A DNA stretch of 63,901 nucleotides, filler included, from Octopus bimaculoides (GCF_001194135.2; 4 parts of 4 records of this genome joined end to end with filler, not necessarily neighbours in it), one strand, 5' to 3'; positions 25,817 to 40,401 are shown, counted from the first letter of the whole stretch. Notes: generated by a model from the letters alone, not told the origin. Numbers and translations: made by a program.

Positions 25817-26360
25817 ACTTCTTAATTTATCTGTATGTAATTATGAAAATGACACTACGTATATATATATTTTTGTATATTATGTGCTCGTATACATATA
25901 ATGGCTTATATATGCACACTGTTTAGATATGTTTGTCGGTTTTGACGAGGAGTATTATTGACCTTCGAACTTGTTTCTTTCAAATTAATACTCAAATCTA
26001 ATATATATGCATATATATGCATATATGTGTGTGTGCGTGTGTGTGTGCGTGTGTGTGTGTGTGTGAGTTTGTGTGTGTGTATGTGTATTTGTGTATATAT
26101 ACACTCCTGTTTATGTATGTATGTCTATGTGTGTGTGTATTTTATTAATATTACATTTAATATGTAATCTCATATGCATGTGTAGGTTTTATATGTTTGT
26201 GTACGTGTGAAATTCATAAATTACATATAATTTACGATAAGAAAATTCACTTTCATTATGGTTAAAATACCAGCGACTGTAGAGCAATACCTCTCACTAC
26301 AGTTCGCCTGCATTCAGCGTTTCTGACTATTACAAATTCCCACTCCATTTGTTGCTTTAG

Positions 26361-26406
26361 TTCCCTCCACCATCATGACCGACGTCGAACACATCTTTTA
26401 TCATAT
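26361..26406 (+). other. Candidate 46-nt exon
   Basis: Acceptor CCATTTGTTGCTTTAG and donor AT|GTAAGT; two open phases (PSTIMTDVEHIFYH or SLHHHDRRRTHLLSY). Confidence 0.25.
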
Positions 26407-28753
26407 GTAAGTTTGGGTGAATATAAACATCGTTCTACGTGGTTACTTCTGTTTTGTATCTGAGATTGCTGTTCATGTACAAACTGTGTTCATGTTCACT
26501 ACTTTGTCAGACTTTGCAGAGATTTAGCGGGGATCTGCCTAGAGGAGCGATTCCTAGTCCTGTTTACCTGTAAATGAAATAGAAACGAGCATCGATACTA
26601 AGAATTCGTGTGGCACAGGAAATCATATAATAATAAAGTATTTTGATTATTCATAGCCGGTTTGATACTAATGAAGGGTAGATCAGCACTTTTGGTATTA
26701 ATAAATAGCCAACTATTTTCGTACATTTTCAGAAATAATAAACAACAGCAATAGAAAGAATGATAATGTAGAAGAGTCTCCTTGAAACTCAACAAAAAAC
26801 TTGGATATAGAGGGAGTCTAATATCTTATCAAAATGATTATATCGCTTCTACTTGTAAGGAATAACTTAATTTGCAACATTCAATAAGAAATTAAACCGA
26901 CTTCTGAAAGAGAGTTTCTGATAAGAGGTATTTATCTAAATTATAGATCAGAGCATTTAGATGTTACTTTTTTAATTTTATGTTAAATGTGTATGAAAAG
27001 GTATATTTAAGATAGCATGTAAGTTTCAAAATGTTTGAAAAATGATAAAATCACCGAGTTAGTTTGAGAGGAGACAGAATTATTGCAAACAGTAGAAGTA
27101 TCAATAAAAGTTTAAATAATTATGATTTGCTATGGATTCTTGTTAATTCCTAGCAATCTAGGTGAATAAATCGGTTTAGAAAACCATTACGTCGTCGATT
27201 TTCAAGAGAAAAGTATTGCAACATAAAATCTGCTAGGTCATCACCCAGTTTTGACGAACTGTGAATGAAACGAGATACACGTCGTTTAAAGTTCGCAATC
27301 AAAATAAAATGAAATCTATTTCTTTCATATCCTTTAGAACAGTTGCATGAAGCAAGAAAATAAAGGAATCGGAAAATTAAGTTAATTTACCTCCTTATAA
27401 TCGTTCATCATTAAGATCTAAGCCGATGATTGTTATAACCTCAGGTAAGAGTGATTCTCTCAAGCTTGATAGCAATGATTAAGAAATACGGATGAACTAC
27501 CGCTGTCCTTCTGCTCTAATAAGCATCTGTCACAAAGTGAAGAAGATGAACCACGTTTTCGTTTGCTAATGTCTTGATATCAAGTGTTGGGCACTAATAG
27601 TACACCGATGCATGTACATATAATTCGAATGGTTGAATTAGCTTGAGCATCCAATGACCCTCTAATTAATCCCTAATGAGTTTCTTTAATGTATCAGATG
27701 ATTATATTACATTTATTGTATCAAATTTATTTTGTGTTTGTTTTGTGTTAGTATTCAATGCAATTAATACGATAGTTTATCTTACATAATTATTCCACTT
27801 GATATAACTTCGAAGGAGCTTACTGAATTGTAATTCTCTTGCATTGCTTCTTAAAGAACACAAATTATTAAAGGCAGAAAAGCAATGGCAAGGATGTGAG
27901 CAAAAGTGACCTAAGTGAGAGACGGACGTGTTGGGCTTCACGTTTTTGCCAAATTAATTTGCGTCTCTTTTCTCAAATAATTCCTCATATATTGCAATAT
28001 TTCTAAGTGAGAAATGTTACAATTCATTTCATCCCATACGATTTCAATTAAGAAATTGTTTCCTTCTTATCACATTGGTTAATTTTTCTGAGATATTTTC
28101 TACAAGTGTATCCTTTTATTATTTATCATTATGTGTCTTGCTTTAACAATGCATCGGCGTATTTCAATGCGAAACACAGGAAACTGTTGTATTAGAGGAA
28201 AGGCTTGCTGCATGCTATGCTTTGCGTCTTTGTCATAGCGATGTGCTTTTCACACTATAGAAATAAGAGGAGTAGGGAGAGAGATGAGAGATCTAATATT
28301 TGACTCCTACGTTGTTTATTAACCTCCAGAAGAATAAAAGGCGGAGTTGATACTGCGGGATTTGAACGCAAAATGCAAACAATTGTAACAAATATTACCA
28401 AGCATTTGTTTAAATTTCTAAATATTTTATAAATCGATCACCCATTTTTAAAATAATTTACTAGTTATAAATACACCTCCATTTGCAAGATATAACATCC
28501 CATTTGCTAGATAACATTCCGCAATTCGGAATTAATACATTTTTCGTTGTGCTAATAGTATCCCTAGTATGCCATTAAGCTTCCTTAATTGCATCTCTAA
28601 TGTTTTTGAGAAATTTTCCTTTCACTATTTTCTGCTGTTTCATTTTGTAAAATTAACTTTGGATTAGCTTTGAGTTTTACATACATGCATATATTCATTT
28701 ATTAATACATACATACACACATACATACATACATACATACATACATACATACA

Positions 28754-28784
<31 letters not shown>

Positions 28785-29069
28785 TTATGTTTATACATAT
28801 ATGCATGTATGTATACGCACGCGCGGGCATACACACACACACACATATGTGTGTATATTACACACACAAACTCAAACACACCTATATATATTATTGAAAA
28901 AGTTTTCGCCTCAAAGGAAGTTTGATAAGATTTTGAAATAGATGACAAAAGATTAATGCTTGATACTCTCTAGACGTTTATTCGAATACCACCAAGACAA
29001 AATTATAACGCATTGCCTGGAAACCTAACATTAAACAGTTTCCATAAGCAACATATTGTAAAAGTCGTT

Positions 29070-29262
29070 AGCACAGCAGGGAAAAAAATACTTAGTGGCA
29101 TTTCGTCCTTCTTTACGTTCTAGGTTCAAATACCATGAAAGTCGACTTCACTTTTTATTATTTCAGGATTAATAAAATAAGTACTAGTTGAGCATTAGGA
29201 TCGATCTAATCGATTTAACCCATCCCCTGAAATTGTTGGCCATGTGCCTAAATTTGAATCCA
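29070..29262 (+). mobile_element. tRNA-derived SINE, diverged copy
   Basis: CTTAGTGGCATTTCGTCC...TAGGTTCAAATACC...AAAATAAGTACTAGTTGAGCA matches the 12608/47961 family. Confidence 0.7.
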
Positions 29263-29405
29263 GTATATCCAGAGTGACGGTTGCTTACATACATTTATAT
29301 CGAAACAATTAGAACGGATCATCGACAAAGTATTCGGTTACAATGTTACAATCCCTAGCGTGCTGATGGTTCTTGCTTCTTTGAACTATCATGCTACACA
29401 GCTGT

Positions 29406-29785
29406 GGAGGTGCAATGACCCAGTGGTTAAGGCAGCGGACTCGCGATCATAGGATCGCGGTTTCGATTCCCAAACCGGGCGCTGTGAGTGTCTATTGAGC
29501 GAAAACACCTAAAGCTCCACGAGGCTCCAGCAGGGGATGGTGGTGAACCCTGCTGTACCCTTTCACCACAACTTTCTCTCACTCTTACTTCCTGTTTCTG
29601 TTGTGCCTGTAATTCAAAGGGTCAGCCTTGTCACACTGTGTCACGCTGAATATCCTCGAGAACTACGTTAAGGGTACACGTGTCTGTGGAGTGCTCAGCC
29701 ACTTGCACATTAATTTCACGATCAGGCTGTTCCGTTGATCGGATCAACTGGAACCCTCGACGTCGTAAGTGACGGAGTGCTAACA
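29406..29785 (+). mobile_element. tRNA-derived SINE, about 380 bp
   Basis: A-box TGACCCAGTGG and B-box GGTTTCGATTCC; GC-rich body contrasting with the flanks. Confidence 0.8.
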
Positions 29786-31151
29786 AAGCTACACAGCTAT
29801 AATCTTCGCCATGACATTTACGCAGTGTCTCTTGTCTCGACTTCATACTGAGGCTGTTGACGAAGCAATCTACCTGCAACTTCGACCCGCTGAGATTTTC
29901 TTCTGATTTACGTTTCCCTACAGCAATGGAATAGTGTTTACTAAAGCTAAAACATCAATTGCGTTATTCTCTCCAGTGAGGAATTGTCAATATTTTATAT
30001 TCATTACACAAACACACTCACAAACAACATGTCCATAGTCAGTCATACACTTTGAGAGCAACACCTACTTTGTAATGTGAAATATGTAACGCTGTCGTGT
30101 GGAACACGATAAATATGAGGCTATACAAATACAGACACCCACATGCACATGTATATTTACATGCATATGTGTGTGTGTGTGTGTGGGGGGGTATCTATGT
30201 GTCTTTGTATATACACAAACCATACACAAACACGCAAGCACACGCACATCACGCACACACATAAGCACGCATACTATATCTATACGTTCCTGACTTTCAA
30301 AAGCAGTATGTTATAAAGTGTTTGTAATATCTTTCGATAGTAAATTATAAACGCAGTTGTGCTTTACTCCAAGAACATTCAAAATAGGTTACTACCAGCA
30401 TCTATAGTCATTTAAGTCAAGGGCTAGAAAACTATCTTTACATTCTTCTCAAAACTGTTTCTCAAAATTCAGGAAATAAATGTCTGAAATTCCCGAGATA
30501 AAATAAAGTATCGTTAATAAAGCTACATCACATTGTAATGGAACACGATACTATACTATACGCATTATTTTGCAAAAGAGTTTCATATATCAAAGTTGCC
30601 AGCTAAATCACTCAATTAGATGTAAGGGCCAACTAAATGCCATTTTTGGAGGAGTTTTTCTCTGAATAATTTTCCACTCGGCTAAATGTCCAACACTTTT
30701 TATATCAAGTCGTTAGCCATCAGATTAATGAAAGTCGTGGAATGATTGCCTCTTGATGAGCATAGTATTGAAAGCAGTAGATTTACTCACCCTTTACAAC
30801 ACCTTACTAGCTCAGCCATCTCTTCTGATCTGCAACATAATCTTACTCGTAAATCTATTTTGAGGAAAGATAATCGGCTAATCTATTGCTTTGCAAAAAG
30901 AGATTTGTTCTATTTATGTTTTATTAAATGACCGTATATCTAAGTGTGAAGAAATCCGATTAATAATGGACAGAATCTTCAAGAGATTTTCAATAAATAT
31001 ATATTTTACATCATGAACTGAGTACAATTTTTTTGTCTCTCAACTTAAACGTATATGTATAATCAATAGATGCACATTCACACATATACGTATACATTTT
31101 TAGGAGTGTGTTAACTATTAGTAATACATTTATATATACATTTGTGTATGT

Positions 31152-31182
<31 letters not shown>

Positions 31183-31296
31183 CGTGTGTGTATGCATGTA
31201 TATATGTATGTGCGTATATGTTTGTGTGTGTGTATTTGTATGTGTGTGTATGTGTTTGTGTATGTATGTGTGTATGTATGCATATATATGTGCGCG

Positions 31297-31332
<36 letters not shown>

Positions 31333-31507
31333 CGCGTGTGTATGTCTGTGTGCGTGCGTGCACGTCTTCCTGAAATAGCAGTCAAAGCTGACTCTTGTAT
31401 CACCTCATCTATTCATATAGCACAGGTGAAAACGTAAATGAACAAACAAATTAGCAAAAAAAANNNNNNNNNNNNNNNNNNNNNNNNNNNNNNNNNNNNN
31501 NNNNNNN

Positions 31508-31519
31508 TTAATTAATTAA
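31508..31519. other. Assembly spacer TTAATTAATTAA between N runs (artefact)
   Basis: Identical 12-mer with stops in all six frames, flanked by Ns; recurs at 55378 and 62685. Confidence 0.9.
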
Positions 31520-31569
31520 NNNNNNNNNNNNNNNNNNNNNNNNNNNNNNNNNNNNNNNNNNNNAATCGA

Positions 31570-32628
31570 ATAGGACTACATACTTTAGTATTTAGTTGAC
31601 ATTCCCTGTGCAGTTTTTAATTCAGAAACTCTTTTTGGCATTGAACTGATGAGCTTTGTGATTGTCTCCTGTGGAATTTCTGCCCACTTTTCACGCAACA
31701 ATCGAAACTATTCATCTTTAGATTTAGGTTTCTGTCGAGTTTTTCATATAGTATGCACCAAAGATTTTCAACTGGGTTCACGTCAAGAGATTGGCTCGGC
31801 CAAGGAAACTTTTTGATCCCATTTTCAGTCAGCCATTGTTGATTCCTTTTCGCTGTGTGGCATGGAGCCCCATCTTCTATGAATAAAAAAACTCATTTTT
31901 CGTTACGTTATCGTGTGAATATATCGGAAGTAGTCCTTGCTTAAGTATTTTGAGATGTATTTTTCAGAGTTTATGGTTCCAACACATTCGATCAGCTCAG
32001 AATAACGATTGCTGGTGACAGCTCCCCATACCATTACAGAGATACCGCCATGTTTCACAGTTGGCTGGAGTCGTTTCAAATCAAATTCTTGATTGCTAAG
32101 CATCCAGACCCAAACACATCCACTGTCTGAAAATAATGCAAATCTGGATTCATCTGGGAAAATCACTCTATACTAAAATGAACTGGATTTCTGTGATATC
32201 TCCTTAGCGCATTTCTTCTTTTTCATATTAATTGGTTGAAGGAGAGGCTTTCTTCTAGCTGCTCGTCCATAATACCCAAGTTTGGACTAACTTCTAGCTG
32301 TTTTGCAATGTCAGAAGCCTTCGAACGGGGTTCGTTTTCCACAATTCTCTTCGAACAGCGAAGCTTCCTTTCCGACCGGGACGAGAATTTGTTGATTCTT
32401 TTCCTTGGCTTTTGAATTCTATTAACAGAAGCAAGAGGAATCTGAAGATTTTCGGCAATTTTTCGCTGGATAAGACAAGCCTCAGATTACCCAACAATAC
32501 GACCTCTTTGAAAATCTGACAGTTCTGCTCAATTTTTTTGCGCGTGGCACAGTTACTCTTCGCAAATGTTTAATATAATGGCACCTGGAATGAAAAAGAA
32601 TAATTACATTGTAAATTCTACTCCACTG
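31570..32628 (-). mobile_element. Tc1-family (DD34E) transposon, decayed
   Basis: IFPDESRF...[14 protein letters not shown]...EDGAPCH...WPSQSLDVNPVENLW with 34 residues between D and E; N-terminal RGRIVG...QRKIAENLQIP...RPGR; CAGTG-type end at 32628. Confidence 0.92.
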
Positions 32629-32705
32629 AAAACATATTAAGACGCTTATATAAGTCATGTTTATTTACTTCCTGCATATCTGTGTAGATAAACACACATA
32701 CGTTC

Positions 32706-32870
32706 AATCATACATACATACATTCATACATACATACATACATACATACATACATACATACATACATACATAATACATACATACATACACACATACACAT
32801 ATACACACATGCATACATACATACATACATACATACATACATACATACATACATACATACATACATACAT
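32706..32870. repeat. (TACA)n tetranucleotide microsatellite
   Basis: Read directly; similar tracts near 28705, 33485 and 41740. Confidence 0.95.
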
Positions 32871-33621
32871 GCAAGTATAGCCAGTGAAAGCGAGGCTTAA
32901 GAGAGGCATATATATGTGTGTTGTACTTTGGTGTATGACTATGCGTGTGTCTCTATGAAACTCAGTAATGACACGATTTGGCATACAATCATACCTGCTT
33001 CATGAAATGATATTATATTCCTATACAAACGGTTAAATATTCTGAAAAGCACTCATAATTTTCCGTTTCATATATGTATACGGGCACATACATAAATACG
33101 CATTCATTTAGTGACAAACAATCAGATGCAAAACACAGAGACACATAAGTTTATTTCTATCTGAGAGACAAACAAAGAAAGATTCTAATATCTAAAACTA
33201 AACATATTTTAATGATATAGAGAAACTAAGGTTTGAAAGAAATTTATGCAGAAGTTGACAAAGCGCAATGGAGACTTTGTTTAGAAGATTTAAATGTAAA
33301 AAACAGAAAAAAAATTCTAAGAATGAGTAACAGAAAAGGGAAGAAAAAATATTGAAAAATAGGGGAATACATTGTGCACAGCTATGTATAAACATTCTGT
33401 TAAAGTGAAGATTACTTTCTGTCGACTACAAACGTTGGTAATGGCTGAAGTTTTTCATTTCTAATGTGAACTTCACACACTCACATGTATGTATGTATGT
33501 ATGTATGTATGTATGTATGTATGTATGTATGTATGTATGTATGCATGTATGTATGTAAGTATGTATGTAAGTATGTATGCATGTATGTATGTATGTACGT
33601 ATGTATGTATGNNNNNNNNNN

Positions 33622-33674
<53 letters not shown>

Positions 33675-34984
33675 GTATATATATGTAAGTATATGTATAT
33701 ATACATACAAACACACACACATATATATTTATAAATATATATGTACATGTACATATAAATATAACATATATGCATATGTATGTATATATATTATATATAT
33801 TATATATGTATGCATATATATATATGTGTGTATGTATGTATATATCATATACATATGCATAGATAAGTATGTATACGTGTATAAGTAGGTGAAGAAGTAA
33901 CTACGTATATGTATACATACATCTACATATTTAGATGTATATAATGATGCATATACATATATATATGTATTTATTAATATACATGTATATATGTATTTAT
34001 ATGTATACATACATAAATATCTATATCTATATAATAGTTTTTTTTTTATTTTTCATTTTTCTTTTTTTTGTTTTTGTTCAAATTCGTTGAAAACAACAAT
34101 TAAATATAAAATAAACGTCAGAAAAATAATTGAACGTAATAGGATGAGCTTCAGAAAAACATTATAACATAATATAATAGAATGCCTATGAGGAAGGAAC
34201 CGTAGATATTGAAAAACCGAAAGAGAGGAACACATGAATAAATACGATTTGCATGTGAGAATGAATATATCTACGAATGTAATGTAAATGGATCTTCGTC
34301 GTTTTCTACGATAATTAATCAAGTTTTCGATGAACTGAATTCCCTGGTCATTGCATTAATAAGCGGCTGTAGCTTGGAAAGGCTGAAGTATGAGATGGTT
34401 GAACTTTCAGGTATAGTTGCAATGTATCATATGGGCTTCCATGCAGTTTCATTTAGTTTTATTCAAAAGACTAGCGTTGATCAGAAAAAATGCCGACAAT
34501 AATTTCCATAAGGGTTTTTGCAATAAAATCGAAACCGTGACGTTGTGATTGTTCAGTTCTTACGAGTTCGCTCTTATTACTAGTAGATATGCACGCACGA
34601 GTGCACACGAACACACAGGCACATATACACACGCACACCCATACACGTACGTGCCCACACGTACGCACACACATACTCAAATTCACATACGCTAGCCGAA
34701 GCACGACTAGCAGGGTTAAGATCGCATCGCAACTACGTGGTGTCGGGAACTCACTGAATTGTGAGTGATGCGAGTGAATCTGATAGATAGCGTGTGCGGG
34801 GAAACCGGTCATGTATACAGATATATATTCATGCATAAATAAATTTATGTATGTGTGTATGTGTATGTGCGCCTGTGTCCGTGTGTGCAATGGTGTCCGT
34901 ATGTGTAACATTGTGCCCGGTATCTGTTTGTTTACGTCCACGTAACTTAGCTGTCCGGAAAGGGAAACTGGTATTGTAAGTGCC

Positions 34985-35425
34985 AGACTTTAAAAAATAT
35001 ACTAGCATCTATCTGATGAATTTTTTCTACATTTCCGGAGGGGGTGCTTGTGGCAAGTCTTCCAAATCGTCTTGCAGAGACGTTCTTCAGCTTTTGAAGC
35101 CTCTGTACCATTCAAAGCATTGCGTACGACCCATTGCCTCGTCGCTGTAAGGTTGCCGATTTCTCTGCAGCAGATTTCCAAAGTTTAACGCAAAATTTCA
35201 CGTTGGGTCTTTCTTGCAACGTTCTGTTCACGACAAAATTGCAGACTACAGCATACACGTGATCACAACAACATAAATTTCAAGACTTACGGAGTAAAAA
35301 CAGCGATGTCACTCCACACACTCACTCATGAAGGCCACTCCTAGCTCTCACTACGGACACAACCGTGTGCTGCCATCTATTAAAGCGCTACAGAACTAGT
35401 CCGACAACTTTTTGATATCACCTCG
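34985..35425 (-). mobile_element. Mariner 5' fragment (TIR plus transposase N-terminus)
   Basis: TA|CGAGGTGATATCAAAAAGTTGTCGGACT end; frame segment NVKFCVKLWKSAAE and a following decayed WY.RFK-like helix-turn-helix region. Confidence 0.75.
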
Positions 35426-36521
35426 TACATAAATGTGTGTCTGTTACAGTCTGTCAGATACCGGCCATGATGAATACCACAATGTTTTGAAAATACGTAT
35501 TCGCCTTTATATATTTAATCCTTTATATTCAACACTCAATATTTCATATATTCAATAAGACATTCAATACTTCATTTCATTGTACCATACATTTTTATAT
35601 TATATATTATATATTCCATATTCTATATCCCACATTAATTTTACAACAATATAANNNNNNNNNNNNNNNNNNNNNNNNNNNNNNNNNNNNNNNNNNNNNN
35701 NNNNNNNNNNNNNNNNNNNNNNNNNNNNNNNNNNNNNNNNNNNNNNNNNNNNNNNNNNNNNNNNNNNNNNNNNNNNNNNNNNNNNNNNNNNNNNNNNNNN
35801 NNNNNNNNNNNNNNNNNNNNNNNNNNNNATATATATATATATATATATATATATACTTTCTTAAAAAGCAGAAAATATATCACAAAAATTGTTAATCAGA
35901 GTTTCACGCTCCCGTTCATCGGACAGTTTTGCTTAGAATCTAAACAAATATTACTTTTAGTAATATGTATATCTCTTGTGTGTGTATATATATATATATA
36001 CACGCACACACACACACAAGTGATATAACGATTTTCAGCGTAGTTTCCAGTTGCCAAATTCACTCACAAACCACTGACCCACCTGGAGTTATTGTACAAG
36101 ACACTTACCAATGATACCGCACTATGGGAATGAACCCAGAACCACGTCCTTGCAGATTGTGCTACTTAGCCATAGAGTCTATTCATGAATTCAGTTTAGA
36201 ACTTAGGTATATATGACAGTGATGTTTGTGATGATATTGTTCATGCCGTTGTTGTTTTTTTATTTTTTCATTACATTAAGAATCCATCTCAGAAGAATAT
36301 CGTATCGATGTTTTTGAAAAAAAGGAGAAAATAAAACGTGGTTTCAAGGATCTTGATATAAAAAAGCGTAGCCAACGATATAAGTGGAAACAACTATGAA
36401 GGAATGCGGAACGAAAAGAAAATGAACCTACTACATGCATACATATCTCAAGTAAAAAATTGTTCTGTGTTACACACATGTTTATCTCGCGCTCTCTCAC
36501 CCTATCCTCTCCCCCCTGTTT

Positions 36522-36578
<57 letters not shown>

Positions 36579-37390
36579 AACACATATACATACACACAAG
36601 ATGTTACCTGTACATACACGTTGGAGTACCATTTTCTTTTAGTTTGTAGAACAATCTAGGAGTCAGCGTGTCATGTCATTCCGATACTGTCATTCGAGAG
36701 GAGTTTGCTTGTTATTGAATTAGAGAAATTCGTTAAGATTTATGCTCCGAGCTTCTCCATAATAGGTTTCACTCAGAATACTTTTGTAAAGATATTTGTT
36801 TGTTTTTATATTTTATTTTATTTGTTTTATTTTTTTGTTGCAAAGATTTTCCAATTTTCCTTTAATAATTCATGTTACTGTTCATGTTTAATATAAGGTT
36901 GAGTGTGTGCATTTTATGTTTAATGTGTGTACGTACCCCTGTATTTATGCGTAAATTTTCGTATGTGCGTGTGTGTATGAACGAGTATAATGTATACGCA
37001 AATAAGTATGCACATATGTACATATATACGCACATACACACACACACACACGCATATGTATGTATATGTGCGTGTGTATGTATCCAAAACGAAGGTTTTG
37101 TGTGTGCGTTTGCGAGCGTGTTTGTGCATGTAGGCATGTATATATGTATACATGCATATGTATATCTGTGTGCATACGTGTGTACGCTTATATAGAAAGG
37201 CACAGAAGAGGCTGAGATTTTTAAAAAATTACATCGATATGTATATGAGGATATGACTATAATTATATGTGTGGAAAAGAGAGAGAGGGAGATAGAAAGG
37301 AAAAGAGCTAATCAGACATATATATATATACTTATATATAAATGTATGTGTGTGTATATAAATATATATATATCATCATCATCGTTTAAC

Positions 37391-37428
<38 letters not shown>

Positions 37429-37483
37429 NNNNNNNNNNNNNNNNNNNNNNNNNNNNNNNNNNNNNNNNNNNNNNNNNNNNNNN

Positions 37484-37522
<39 letters not shown>

Positions 37523-37554
37523 GTATGTGCGTGAACAAATAGACAGATAGTTAG

Positions 37555-37585
<31 letters not shown>

Positions 37586-37632
37586 AATGGATAGATAGAT
37601 AGACAGACATACATACAGACAGACAGAGAGGC

Positions 37633-37678
<46 letters not shown>

Positions 37679-38941
37679 CGAAATGCAGACATGAATTCCT
37701 AATACTCTAAGGCTAAACTAATGTAAAGAAAAGCTGTTTTTGAAATTGCATTTCATCAAAGTAATTATAAGGTTTCCGAATTATTCAAAACTTTCATCTA
37801 AATGAATGCATATATTTTTAGATAGATATTTGAAAGATAAACATATATTTACGTACTTACACTTACGTGCGTAGATTGATGTGCTTAAAGGTACATATTA
37901 ATAAATATTACACGTATAGTATGGCCGACTATAAATGCATGTGTCTCGGATTTTATATGTGTGATGTTGTGTATATATGTATGTATAAATGTATATGCAC
38001 ATATAAGAACAAACACACGCAAATATGCACAATCGCGCGTGCACACACACATGAATTAATGTATATGTATACACGTTTTTTCGCTCACATATACATAATG
38101 TATATGTATATATCCATATATATATATATATATGTAATTATATATAAACATACATACACATACACAAATGCTCACACACAAGAAATTGAGACTGGATCAT
38201 CGATTTCACCGTTTTCCATTTGCTTTCTAAAGTCAGTGGACCCGACAACACCTTTACAAAGCGTTTCGGCTTAATAGAAGCACTCATGGTCTATCAAATT
38301 TCTCCTTCATGTCTTCAATATATTTCCAGCGATATAGAGTTGCTTTACCGTTCTTAGGACAGTTAACTGGGTGATAACGTGCAGAAACCTAATCTTCCAC
38401 ACAGAAATTGCCGTGTCTATCATGGATCTTCAGTTGCTCTATCGGGGTTCCCTTTGACGATCCCATCGCCTAAGTAGTTTCTTGTTTCAATATTTCTTCC
38501 ATTCTTGAAAGAATAAATTGTTTGATATAATCTAAATTCTTCCCTAACATGTTTATCATGACTGCATCTGTACAATGGGACAGAAAAGCAGCGATAGATG
38601 ATTTGCAAACGAAGGCAGAACTCCATCTTACCTGGAATGGGGAGAAATACACGCCTGGGAAATAACACAGAGATTTGTGTTTCCACGCTAGGTAACATTG
38701 GTATTATTGTTGTTATTGTTATTATGGTGGAAATATTACAAAAACATCAAGGTCTCAAAAGAAAATTGCTTAGCGCTGTAGATACATACTTAAATAGGTT
38801 ACTAATATATAAGATAGACTAATGCATAAATTCATACATAGCTATTTAGCTGACTAGATAGACAGACAGACAAACCGACAAATAAACAGACAGGCAGATA
38901 GGTAGATAGACTGATAAATAGATGTGTGTGTGTGTGTGTAT

Positions 38942-40335
38942 ATACTAGCAGAAATACTTGGCGTTGCCTAGGTTAAAGACAGTAATGAAATTTTAAAACG
39001 CCCTCTAGATTACGAGGGTCTCAATTGCTAGTAGCCAAGATAACAACTTTCTACATTAATAACTCTCTAACCCATGCCAGTATGCAGCACATACGCTAAG
39101 CGAAATGTAAAAAGAAAGTTTTCAACTCATATATGTATATAAAGTAAATACACGTAATTCAAAAACACGTTTTGTGTAGCATATTTCGTAACCAAAAAAC
39201 AGTTACAGATTATAAACGATGGTCTGGTGATTCATTTGACACCGGTAGTAGATAGCCAGTCCGATGCTAAATCCTGACTGTGCAGAAGATAGTAAACAAA
39301 ATAACTGGATAACGGAAATTATATTTCTTCATACGACGGGCAGAAAGTAAATAATTTTTTACCGAAAATAAAGAATTGAATAGGGTGAAGCGAAATTTGT
39401 CACTTAGTGAACCAAAGGGCCAGTATCGAAGGAACCAGAAAAAATCGTTAACAACAGAAAAACACAAAAGCGTTGCAAAAGTAAATTAGAAATTGTTAAG
39501 GAAATTAACTAAGTGTACGGACTGAAGTGAAATTTTTGAAGTTACTTCTGTCAGGTAATTATGAACTTTAATCAGTAATTCCGTCAACAACAATAAAATA
39601 CGAAACGTTGCAAATTTAGATTTAAACAATTGTAGCCAAATTTAACGAAGTGTACGGATTGAAGTGAAGTTTATGAAGATACTTCTGTCAGTAAATTATG
39701 TATGAAATTATTTTCATCAGTAATTTTGAACTTCTTTCTTCCAGTAATTTGTCGTTGTTTGTAAATAGCGATCGAAAACTTAGTGAAAATAGCGTCTGAA
39801 AAATGAAAGTGAAAGCAATAGAGAGTGAGTAAAATATAGAGAGAGGGGAAAGAAAGAGACATAGCTATTTAGACAAATAAGATAGATAAAGACAGATAGA
39901 TACAGAGATATAGATAGATATAGAGATAGAGATATAAATAGAGAGATATAGAGAGATAGAAACAGATGGAAAGAGATGGATAGAGAGATAAAAAAGAAAG
40001 ATATAGACGTCACCGACGATAGAAAACTGGAAGTATATATTTTAAAAGACTTTCAAAGATATCCATATAAAAAGGAATATTTTAAGTCTTTTTTATGACC
40101 AATGGATGTGAGGGAGACAATCAATTGCTGAAAGTTACTTCGCAAATGGCTACCTCCCTTGAACCCAGGAATGGAAGTTTTCCATGCCCAGGGGACTCGT
40201 TACTCACTATGTTAAAGTTTTTAAGAGTCTAAAACCATCACTTGAATATAAGTAATGTATGTTCCCAGTTTGGAGAAAATCAGTTGAAAAATACGGCCGT
40301 TATAGTCTTTTACACACACACACACAGACACACAC
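38942..40335 (+). mobile_element. Probable non-autonomous Helitron-like element
   Basis: Starts ATACTAGCAGAAATACTTGGCGTTGCCTAGG inside a microsatellite and ends with CCCAGTTTGGAGAAAATCAGTTG before a (CA)/(GACA) tract, an architecture I recall from Lep1/Helentron-type elements; internal duplication 39508-39580 / 39644-39725. Confidence 0.4.
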
Positions 40336-40401
40336 AGACACACAGACACACACGCACNNNNNNNNNNNNNNNNNNNNNNNNNNNNNNNNNNNNNNNNNNN
40401 N

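Noticed and set aside
27338-27445. Plus-strand segment bounded by a good acceptor and CAG|GTAAGA donor
   Set aside because: Stops in all three frames; could only be a non-coding exon and there is no further support.
29406-29480. tRNA-like A and B boxes in SINE heads as possible tRNA genes
   Set aside because: They continue into SINE bodies and lack a complete cloverleaf; no genuine tRNA, rRNA or CRISPR array was seen in the window.
30791-30829. 39-nt minus-strand exon candidate (SEEMAELVRCCKG)
   Set aside because: Acceptor is weak and it cannot be linked to other candidates; such signals arise by chance in 64 kb.
31443-31563. TTAATTAATTAA palindrome recurring three times
   Set aside because: Always embedded in N runs with six-frame stops; a scaffolding spacer. 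Adjacency across these joins, including the 55.4-62.6 kb block, is not guaranteed.
34690-34810. CpG-rich patch with a short CGCATCGC/GTGATGCG stem
   Set aside because: No recognisable RNA family or factor-binding cluster; stem too short to be meaningful.
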